This document shows, piece by piece, positions 1 through 7,232 of a stretch of 22,478 bases of DNA; position 1 is the first letter of the stretch, and each line of letters starts with the position of its first letter. A program made the position numbers and the translations under genes. The DNA is from Fidelibacterota bacterium (GTDB lineage: Bacteria; Fidelibacterota; Marinisomatia; Marinisomatales; S15-B10). The stretch is taken from NCBI GenBank assembly GCA_002729175.1, contig PBTS01000035.1, forward strand, positions 5,763 through 28,240. The letters are read 5' to 3'. The notes under the pieces were generated by a model, which did no database searches, was not told where the DNA came from, and was given only the letters and a program-made list of their open reading frames with translations.

Positions 1-1398
1 GTTCTGGTTTTCCAATTCATAAAGGAGAAATGAATGATTCACAACAACAATATCTGCATTCTGCGTCGCATCTCTGAGCGGTCCCAGGAAGCAGCCCCCT
101 TGTTGATTGCAAACACGAGGTGTGCAAAAACCGGGATCACTCTGAATCAAGGATCTTAAGCGATATGACTTCCTCTTTAAAAAACCGGTACACTCCTCAA
201 AGTCGCCTGATTTTGTCCACTGAAGCCAGATGAGAATAACAATCAGTGACTGAACCTCCTGTTCAGAAAGTAGAGTCCGGGCGTCCGCGATTACGCGATC
301 GACCCTGGTGAGGCAAACATAATTATGACGACCTTTCATAAGAGTGGCTGAAAAGGAAACATCCAGCGCCACCGCCAGTTTCGGAATTTCCCTCTGGAAT
401 AGTTGCTCCTGCAGAGGTTTTGTGTGACAGGAAATAATGACAGGTTCTCCTCCTTCAGCTAACGCCGTTCTCAGGGATGACATGAGATAAGCCAGCGATT
501 TTCCCAGACCTGTTCCCGCCTCAATCATACCAACGGCACTTTCATCAAAAATATCCTTCACGAAGTCGGCGTAGTTGATCTGACTCTCTCTCACTTCATA
601 CTCGCCATCGGAGAAGGAACGGGCCAGAAGGCCGTCATCGGCAAAGAATTCATCAGCGGTGGCCGGAAGTGACTCCCTGCTCCCCTCGTGTTGGAAAATA
701 GGTGACGGTAACGCCTTATCAACCTCGCTCTTGATCAAACCTTCTTTCATGTTACCGCTCTTTGCCAGCTCATTGCCCAGGTTGATGTAAAGAGTTTTGT
801 TGTAAAACATTTTCCCTTCAGTGGCCGAAAGAATCTTCTGGATCACTGGTAATGGATATGAGGCCGCTTCCCTGACCAGCTTCAGAAACAACTGTCCAAG
901 TATCTCTGTGTCCGCCAGAGCCCGGTGAGTATCTTCACTAGCTGAACCCAAATATTCGGCAATTGTCCCAAGCTGATGATTGGGCAGAAAAAACAGAAAC
1001 GCTTGAGCAAGAGGCACTGTATCGTACCCTTCGTTCTTAACCTCCTGCGATAGATAATTCAGTTTGAGGTCACTAAGAAATGATAAGTCAAATGGGAGAT
1101 TATGAGCAACGATGGGATAATCTCCAATAAAATTAAATATTTTTTCAACTATCTTATCCTCATTGGGAGCATCCTTAACCATCTCATCGGAAATACCGGT
1201 TTTCCTTACAATTTCCAGCGGAATGAGGCGCTGGGGATTGACCAATGTTTGAAATGAATCCGACGCAACGCCCTCCTCAAAGCGGACGGCGGCAAATTCT
1301 GTGATCTTGTCATCAGCCGGATTAAGACCGGTGGTTTCAAAATCGAATGCGATGAAAGTATGAAGATCTAGTTTACTGAGAAGGTTCGCAAACTCCAT
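1..1398 (-). CDS. dinG: DinG-family ATP-dependent helicase with N-terminal DEDDh 3'-5' exonuclease domain (partial, runs off left edge)
   Basis: Not in the ORF track; translated by hand from ATG at 1398, which overlaps the upstream TAA (TAATG). Open for 466 codons to base 1. Starts MEFANLLSKLDLHTFIAFDFETTG (ExoI), then AHNLPFD (ExoII), HRALAD (ExoIII), RESQ (Q motif), EAGTGLGKS (Walker A), TKPLQEQL, KGRHNYVC and ADIVVVNH. Confidence 0.93.
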   Translation of the reverse strand, partial: MEFANLLSKLDLHTFIAFDFETTGLNPADDKITEFAAVRFEEGVASDSFQTLVNPQRLIPLEIVRKTGISDEMVKDAPNEDKIVEKIFNFIGDYPIVAHNLPFDLSFLSDLKLNYLSQEVKNEGYDTVPLAQAFLFFLPNHQLGTIAEYLGSASEDTHRALADTEILGQLFLKLVREAASYPLPVIQKILSATEGKMFYNKTLYINLGNELAKSGNMKEGLIKSEVDKALPSPIFQHEGSRESLPATADEFFADDGLLARSFSDGEYEVRESQINYADFVKDIFDESAVGMIEAGTGLGKSLAYLMSSLRTALAEGGEPVIISCHTKPLQEQLFQREIPKLAVALDVSFSATLMKGRHNYVCLTRVDRVIADARTLLSEQEVQSLIVILIWLQWTKSGDFEECTGFLKRKSYRLRSLIQSDPGFCTPRVCNQQGGCFLGPLRDATQNADIVVVNHSFLLYELENQN

Positions 1399-2579
1399 TA
1401 AACGCCAGCGAATACCTTCATGACATCAACTAACAGAGAGGGTTTTTTGAAGATAGCTTTGCGGAACATTTTTCCAATGGTACGTTCTTCAGGCGGAATT
1501 TTTTCTACCGCATCGGAAATGCTGTTAAGCTCCTCATCAGTTAGCTTGCTTACAGTTTCTTTAATGGAATAGAAACGTTCGTGGTTCTTACCACCAACCT
1601 TGTTCCACTCTTTGGAATAACGGTTGAGGAATTTTTCCGATGTGTCCTCAGCCTTGATGGCCTCCACCGCGGTTTCTCCCGCCAGCATGCCGCCACGCAT
1701 GCCGGGAATAATACCACCTCCAGTCATTGGATTAACCATATGGGCTGCGTCACCAGCCAGCATAAGTCCATCAGAAACGAATTTCTTTAATGTTTTATCA
1801 CAAGGGACCCCTCCCACTGTTGAACTAACCACCGATCCATTCGGAAATGTCTTTTGAAGAAAGTCATCCAAATAACTTTGAGCTGATCGGAAACGACTAT
1901 ATTTCCCGGAAACGCCAAGGCCTACATTAGCAGCGTTTGATCCCTTGGGAAAAATCCAGAGGTAACCGCCAGGTGCACGCTCGTGTGACATGTAAAAATC
2001 GAACCTGTGCTCATCAATCTCAATTCCGGAAATGGTTTTCTGAGCGGCGGACTCCATATCTTTCATTTTAACAACCGTGTCCAGTCCAGCCCATCGCCCT
2101 ATGCGGCTCTCGACGCCATCAGCACCGATTACCAGGTTGGACTTTACTTCAAACGGCTCTCCCTGGTATTCACCTGTTACACCCACTATTTTACTGTCGT
2201 CAAAAAGCAGTCCATTAACATAAGCCTTGCAAACAATTTGTGCACCGAAGGCTGAAGCATATTGTGCCAGATCATAGTCAAAAATCCTGCGGTCCAGTAT
2301 ATACCCTTTCTGTTTCAAATTCAGATCAATCTTATGATCGTTAGGTGAAATAAGACGTAACTTGGTAATAACAGAGTTAATCCAGCGGGGATCGGGTTTA
2401 ACAAATAATCTCAACCCTTCATCGCTGACGGCCTCACCACATCTCACTGGGACACCAATATCGCGATCTTTCTCCAAAACAAGAACACTTATTCCAGCCT
2501 TGGCGGCATAACGGGCCGCGGTAGTCCCTGCTGGACCGCCTCCCACCACAATTAGATCAAACTTTTTCTGTCTCCACAT
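1398..2579 (-). CDS. Geranylgeranyl reductase family flavoprotein (digeranylgeranylglycerophospholipid reductase-like)
   Basis: FAD-binding GGGPAG; PVRCGEA; LDRRIFD; GADG; GGR signature APGGYLWIFPKG (PxxYxWxFP); AGDAAHMVNPMTGGGI. ATG at 2579 preferred over TTG at 2585 because GAGGT lies 8 nt upstream. Confidence 0.9.
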   Translation of the reverse strand: MWRQKKFDLIVVGGGPAGTTAARYAAKAGISVLVLEKDRDIGVPVRCGEAVSDEGLRLFVKPDPRWINSVITKLRLISPNDHKIDLNLKQKGYILDRRIFDYDLAQYASAFGAQIVCKAYVNGLLFDDSKIVGVTGEYQGEPFEVKSNLVIGADGVESRIGRWAGLDTVVKMKDMESAAQKTISGIEIDEHRFDFYMSHERAPGGYLWIFPKGSNAANVGLGVSGKYSRFRSAQSYLDDFLQKTFPNGSVVSSTVGGVPCDKTLKKFVSDGLMLAGDAAHMVNPMTGGGIIPGMRGGMLAGETAVEAIKAEDTSEKFLNRYSKEWNKVGGKNHERFYSIKETVSKLTDEELNSISDAVEKIPPEERTIGKMFRKAIFKKPSLLVDVMKVFAGV

Positions 2580-2742
2580 TTTCAAATACCTCTATAGGAC
2601 AGATATACATGCACAATTTGCAATCTATGCAGACATTATAAGCAATAGCTATATCTGCTTCTTTAAGTTCAATACAGTCAATAGGACAAACGGCCACACA
2701 GCAACCACAAAAATCGCACCTATTCGGTTTGATTTTAATCAT
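2557..2742 (-). CDS. 2x[4Fe-4S] dicluster ferredoxin
   Basis: Two CxxCxxCxxxCP motifs (CDFCGCCVAVCP, CIDCKLCMYICP) in 61 aa; overlaps both neighbours. Confidence 0.92.
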   Translation of the reverse strand: MIKIKPNRCDFCGCCVAVCPIDCIELKEADIAIAYNVCIDCKLCMYICPIEVFENVETEKV

Positions 2743-3691
2743 AGCTGACTTTCAATGTGGGACTAATAACACCATGGCGAAAGTAATTATATAACCTGAT
2801 TACGTTAAAGTTGAGGAACATAGCAACGCAGAGCCATGGGTATCGAACACTCACAAAAAAAGCCAAAATCATGATGGGATATTTGAATGCCCGGATAATG
2901 TGCTCAGCTCGGGAAACAACCAACGCTACAGCAAAGAATGGAATGGTGATGATGGAGGCCGTACTTATAACGGGATCACCCATCCTGTATCCTAGGAATA
3001 TTGAGACTGTAAGCAATAATCCGCCAAGGCCAACAATCCTTGTAATTTCATTCATAAAATCACGGTGATGAAGTTTTTCAGCCTTCACCGATATTGGCCA
3101 AAGAAGTGTGACTGCAATAAATCCGCACGCATAAGGTGCAGAAGCCAGCATTCCTGAGAGAATTTTCCCTCCTCCCAAGTGCCAGCCAATCATGAAAAGA
3201 GAGAGCGCAGGTAAAACACTTAAAGAAATCCTCATTATCATCTTTTCGTTCTTAAGCTTTTTCCAATGTTTCAGGTATAATCGCCATGATACATAGAAAA
3301 TAGACACCCACGCTCCGACAGAAAAAAGTCTGCTCATTTTCCCCGTTTCTACAGCATCTATTGCTACTGATGAAAGGACAATCAAAAATCCGGCAACTAA
3401 AAGGACAAGTGTTAATTTATTGGTACCGGAGTCTTCTCCTTTTAGGGCTGAGGAACTAGCTACTAATGTTGTTCCTAAAAAGGTCCAAAACAGCGGCCAA
3501 TGAACGGTAGTGGACCAGTAGAATTCATCAATGGTGTCACCCTTATATGCACTGAGACCAGCTGCCATCATAGTCCAAATGGTAATAAAAAGTATCGGGC
3601 GAAACTCAAAAAACCAGTCTAAAGAACGGGAAATATCGTTCAGTCTTACGTAGAGCTTCGTATCAGGTTTAATCCAGCGTGAAATCACCAT
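2735..3691 (-). CDS. Multi-pass membrane protein resembling a degenerate UbiA-family prenyltransferase
   Basis: About 8-9 hydrophobic segments in 318 aa. N-terminal LDWFFEFRPILF..W resembles the UbiA 'RP' start, and the gene sits next to ferredoxin and GGR. The Asp-rich NDxxDxxxD and DxxxD motifs are absent, so the family call is tentative. Confidence 0.55.
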   Translation of the reverse strand: MVISRWIKPDTKLYVRLNDISRSLDWFFEFRPILFITIWTMMAAGLSAYKGDTIDEFYWSTTVHWPLFWTFLGTTLVASSSALKGEDSGTNKLTLVLLVAGFLIVLSSVAIDAVETGKMSRLFSVGAWVSIFYVSWRLYLKHWKKLKNEKMIMRISLSVLPALSLFMIGWHLGGGKILSGMLASAPYACGFIAVTLLWPISVKAEKLHHRDFMNEITRIVGLGGLLLTVSIFLGYRMGDPVISTASIITIPFFAVALVVSRAEHIIRAFKYPIMILAFFVSVRYPWLCVAMFLNFNVIRLYNYFRHGVISPTLKVSYD

Positions 3692-3721
3692 TTCTTACAG
3701 AATAAGTAGCTAAGTGACGAG

Positions 3722-5098
3722 TTATCCAATCAGTGCTACACCGACAATTTTAGAATAAATTTCGTTGAATATAATAAAGGCCACAACTCCGGCTGCAATT
3801 GTCAATAAACCTTTTATCAGACGGGAAGATACATTGGAATCTTCCATCCCACTTGTAAGCTCTTTCATAAAGTTCGGAATACCCCACTGTTTAAGAACAA
3901 ATACAGCCGTAAACATTCCACCAAGCGGAAGCATGTATTTTGAGGATAAATAATCCACAGCATCAAAAAATGATATACCCAGGAATTCTGTGATATTGAT
4001 CCCACCTCCCAGTGAGAAGGAACAGAATATCCCGACGATAGTTATCACGGCACCGAATTGTATCGTGGCTTTTTTCCTGGACCACCCTTTCTGGTCAATA
4101 AAGTATGCTGTCACCACTTCAAGAATTGAAATTGCTGATGTGAGGGCTGCCATGAAAAGTAAGACAAAAAACAATGTTCCCCATAAAGTGCCGGCAGCCA
4201 ATTGTGGAAACACAGATGGCAAAACAACAAAAATCAAACCTGGACCTTCAGCGGGATTTGCTCCAAGAGCAAACACTGTGGTAAAAATGGCTACACCAGC
4301 TAACATAGCAATAGCTGTATCCAAAAAGAGGACCCAAAGGGCTGAATTCAATAAATTTTGTTTTTTATCCAGATAACTGCCATAAGTCATCATGGTGCCC
4401 ATACCGAGGCTAACTGTAAAAAATGAGTGTCCCAATGCCAGAACAATGGAAGAAGCAGTCAGATCCTCAAAACGGGGGTTAAATAAAAAGGAAATCCCTT
4501 TCATACCACCCGGAAGCGTTATCCCACGGATTGCAAGTACAAATAGAAGAACTACAATGAGTGGCATCATAATTGTTGACCATTTTTCAATCCCCCCCTT
4601 TACACCGTTCACAATAACCCAGATACAAAAGCCCATAAATAATACCTGATAAATTATAGGGCTCCAGGTAGATGTAGTAAAAGAGTTGAAAACATTTCCA
4701 GCAACATCAGGATTGCCTGCTAATCCATCAAATCCACCGGTAATGGAAACAACAACATATTTTATTATCCATCCACCGACTACACCATAGAATGAAAGAA
4801 TAACAAAGGCCGAAGCTACACCAAGGTAACCAACGTATTTCCAACTCGAGCCAGGTGCTAACTTCTCAAAAGCACCAACAGGACTCAGTTGTGTTTTACG
4901 CCCTATCACGAATTCGGCAATAACGATCGATAAACCAACAATAAGAATACATGCCAAGTATACGAGAGTAAATGCCGCGCCGCCATTTTGTCCAGCCATA
5001 TGGGGATATTTCCAAATATTACCAATGCCAACTGCCGATCCTGATGCTGCTAAGATAAACCCAATTCTTGATCCCCAGTGTTCGCGTTTTTTGGCCAT
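3722..5098 (-). CDS. Sodium-dependent transporter, neurotransmitter:sodium symporter (NSS/SNF, LeuT-like) family
   Basis: REHWGSRIGFILAASGSAVGIGNIWKYP, GGAAF, FFTVSLGMG..MTYGSY, GPGLIF, AALTSAISILE. Confidence 0.95.
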   Translation of the reverse strand: MAKKREHWGSRIGFILAASGSAVGIGNIWKYPHMAGQNGGAAFTLVYLACILIVGLSIVIAEFVIGRKTQLSPVGAFEKLAPGSSWKYVGYLGVASAFVILSFYGVVGGWIIKYVVVSITGGFDGLAGNPDVAGNVFNSFTTSTWSPIIYQVLFMGFCIWVIVNGVKGGIEKWSTIMMPLIVVLLFVLAIRGITLPGGMKGISFLFNPRFEDLTASSIVLALGHSFFTVSLGMGTMMTYGSYLDKKQNLLNSALWVLFLDTAIAMLAGVAIFTTVFALGANPAEGPGLIFVVLPSVFPQLAAGTLWGTLFFVLLFMAALTSAISILEVVTAYFIDQKGWSRKKATIQFGAVITIVGIFCSFSLGGGINITEFLGISFFDAVDYLSSKYMLPLGGMFTAVFVLKQWGIPNFMKELTSGMEDSNVSSRLIKGLLTIAAGVVAFIIFNEIYSKIVGVALIG

Positions 5099-5115
5099 TA
5101 TTCGGTTCCCTTCAT

Positions 5116-5508
5116 TTAGTTTTGTGTTTTGTCAACCTTTTCATTTTTTTCATCAAAATCGGAAAGGTGACTATCCACAAGTGCATCCGCCAGATTATAT
5201 ATATACACAAATGCGCTGTACCACGCATACTTGTTTCGATTGTTTCGATAATACTCCCTCGGCTTCGTGTAAGAACCGTCATCCCATGAATTGTATGAAG
5301 AACGATTTGTCTGGAACTGATATAGCATCCAGAATTGAGCTCCAAACATTAACGCCGCTTTAATCTTTTTCCCGTTATAAAGTTGGCCGCCTCCAGGGAT
5401 AATTGAATATACTACAGCTTTTCTGGGCGATTTGGGCGCCGTAGCGGTAGAGTCCTGCGCTGAAACAAATGCCGTCATAAGCATAATGAATAAAGCAAGG
5501 CGCTTCAC
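5116..5508 (-). CDS. DUF5683-like exported/membrane protein
   Basis: Signal-peptide-like N-terminus (MKRLALFIMLMTAFVSAQD); SPRKAVVYSIIPGGGQLYN and YNLADALVDSHL patterns typical of this FCB-group family; GTG start overlaps the upstream TAG. Confidence 0.75.
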   Translation of the reverse strand: MKRLALFIMLMTAFVSAQDSTATAPKSPRKAVVYSIIPGGGQLYNGKKIKAALMFGAQFWMLYQFQTNRSSYNSWDDGSYTKPREYYRNNRNKYAWYSAFVYIYNLADALVDSHLSDFDEKNEKVDKTQN

Positions 5509-6398
5509 TAAGGCGGCCCCAGGCCCCCGCCCCAGATTGTGAATCCGCCGGGAATTATTTCAACTTCAAAGACTTTATTTTCGCCTTCGATGATTTCACC
5601 GTCCAGGTGCATGGGTAATGGTTCTTCGCTGGTTACCTTCACTTTCCTGGAGCGAAGGATTGTTACTTCTTCCATATCGTTTATCTTACCGTTCATTAGC
5701 TTAGGAAAGTTCCAAACGATCTTTATAGAACTGATATCAGATACATGACAAATATCGAAGAATCCGTCTTCAAGCTGAGCATCTGGAGCAAGACTGAGCC
5801 CACCGCCAACTGACCAGCCGTTTGCGATACAGGTAAGATAGGAGTGATCATCTATAGTATGGTCATCCAGTGCAATTTTCATCGGAATAGAACTCCATTG
5901 GCGAAGTGTCTTAAAAATAGCAACAACATATACGGAAGTCCCTTTGAGTTTTTTTATCTTACGGCTCTGAATATTTGCAAAGGCGTCGAAGCCAATACCA
6001 ACAACGTTTACGAAATACCTCTCGCCGTTATAAAGACCTAAATCAATTTTTCTCGGTTTTCCATTTATAATATTATCCAAAGAAGCTTCCAATTTCATAG
6101 GGAGATTAGCACTTCGCGCAAAATCATTCCCGGTACCTATAGGAATCACTGCCATGGGGGTGTTGCCGCCAACAAGGCCGTTTAGGACTTCATTCATGGT
6201 ACCATCGCCACCGAAAACTGTAACTAAATTATAATCGTCTCTCATATCTTTAGTGAAAATGGTAGCATCCCCGGGACCTTCTGTCCACCTGACTTCATAA
6301 TCCATCTCTTTTTCTTTGAGCAATTTCTCAAGCCGAGGCAGCTGCTTCAAGGTGGTTCCCCGTCCCGCTTTAGGATTCATGACAAAAAGTATTCTCAC
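5508..6398 (-). CDS. Diacylglycerol/lipid kinase family protein (YegS/DagK/BmrU)
   Basis: NPKAG, GGDGT..EVLNG, IPIGTGNDFAR, GIGFDA, DGE motifs. Confidence 0.93.
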   Translation of the reverse strand: MRILFVMNPKAGRGTTLKQLPRLEKLLKEKEMDYEVRWTEGPGDATIFTKDMRDDYNLVTVFGGDGTMNEVLNGLVGGNTPMAVIPIGTGNDFARSANLPMKLEASLDNIINGKPRKIDLGLYNGERYFVNVVGIGFDAFANIQSRKIKKLKGTSVYVVAIFKTLRQWSSIPMKIALDDHTIDDHSYLTCIANGWSVGGGLSLAPDAQLEDGFFDICHVSDISSIKIVWNFPKLMNGKINDMEEVTILRSRKVKVTSEEPLPMHLDGEIIEGENKVFEVEIIPGGFTIWGGGLGPP

Positions 6399-6787
6399 AA
6401 ACTCTCCTTAACAGCCACGCATTCGATTTCCACATCAACCCCTAAAGGTAGTTTCGAAACTTCTAGTGCGGAACGGGCCGGTGGATCTTTTTCGAAAAAC
6501 TCTAAGAACACTTCATTCAGTTCAGAGAATCGGGAGAGATCCGTCATAAAGACAGTTAGCTTTACAGCATAGGAAAGAGACGACCCAGCCTCAACCAGAA
6601 TTCCGTCAATATTATTTAAAACTTGACGAACGCGGGTCTTGAAATCTCCTTCAATCACCTCTCCTGTGGAAGGATCCAGAGGAATCTGCCCTGCGGTAAA
6701 AATGATGTTGTCCGTTGAAATCCCCTGGCTGTATGTACCAACAGCGCTAGGAGCATTTTCTGTCCTTATTACAGTTCTCTCAGTCAC
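6395..6787 (-). CDS. ridA: RidA/YjgF reactive intermediate/imine deaminase
   Basis: AP..VGTYSQG, AGQIPLDP, catalytic Arg in PPARS, LP..VDVEIEC. Confidence 0.9.
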   Translation of the reverse strand: MTERTVIRTENAPSAVGTYSQGISTDNIIFTAGQIPLDPSTGEVIEGDFKTRVRQVLNNIDGILVEAGSSLSYAVKLTVFMTDLSRFSELNEVFLEFFEKDPPARSALEVSKLPLGVDVEIECVAVKESL

Positions 6788-7217
6788 TGTTCATCTCCTC
6801 TAAGTTCCATATCGCTAAACCAATATCATCATTCATCAGTCTTGCAATCGCACCATCAATGGGATCCATCACAAATTCACCCACAATGGCAACGGTGGCT
6901 TCCATGAGATGGCCGCCATAGACCTGATAATTCACATCAGCAATTGACACGTGAGTGTGGATAAAATGTTCTCCATCTTTCATGGTCACATTCCCAACGC
7001 AGGACAATAGTTCATACGTCTCAGGAAAATTCCGTTCAATATATTGTTTTTCATTAAGATTGTAAAAGGCTACAGTTACATCATTGATACCCCTTATACC
7101 AGAAATTGATGCTGCAGTTAGTTCATGATTATGAGCCACTTCTTTTAATGAAGCAACGACTCTGTCACCTCTCTCAAGAGAAACCACCACTCTTCTCCCA
7201 ATTAATTTTGATTTCAT
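6780..7217 (-). CDS. PPC domain (DUF296/AF0104-like) metal/DNA-binding protein
   Basis: YELLSCVGNV, HxH (HIHTH-like: HFIHTHV) and GGHL motifs. Confidence 0.88.
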   Translation of the reverse strand: MKSKLIGRRVVVSLERGDRVVASLKEVAHNHELTAASISGIRGINDVTVAFYNLNEKQYIERNFPETYELLSCVGNVTMKDGEHFIHTHVSIADVNYQVYGGHLMEATVAIVGEFVMDPIDGAIARLMNDDIGLAIWNLEEMNSD

Positions 7218-7232
7218 GAAAAAAACTGTATA

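Noticed and set aside
2555..2579. Possible +1 frameshift fusing ferredoxin to GGR at GAA AAA GTT TGA T (would read ...ETEKFDLIVVG)
   Set aside because: GGR has its own ATG at 2579 with a well-spaced GAGGT RBS, and the site does not match the RF2-type CTT TGA signal. A simple overlap explains it, although a homopolymer sequencing error cannot be excluded without reads.
5112..5345. 77-aa minus-strand ORF overlapping the DUF5683-like gene
   Set aside because: Alternate frame of a better-supported CDS that has a signal peptide and family motifs.
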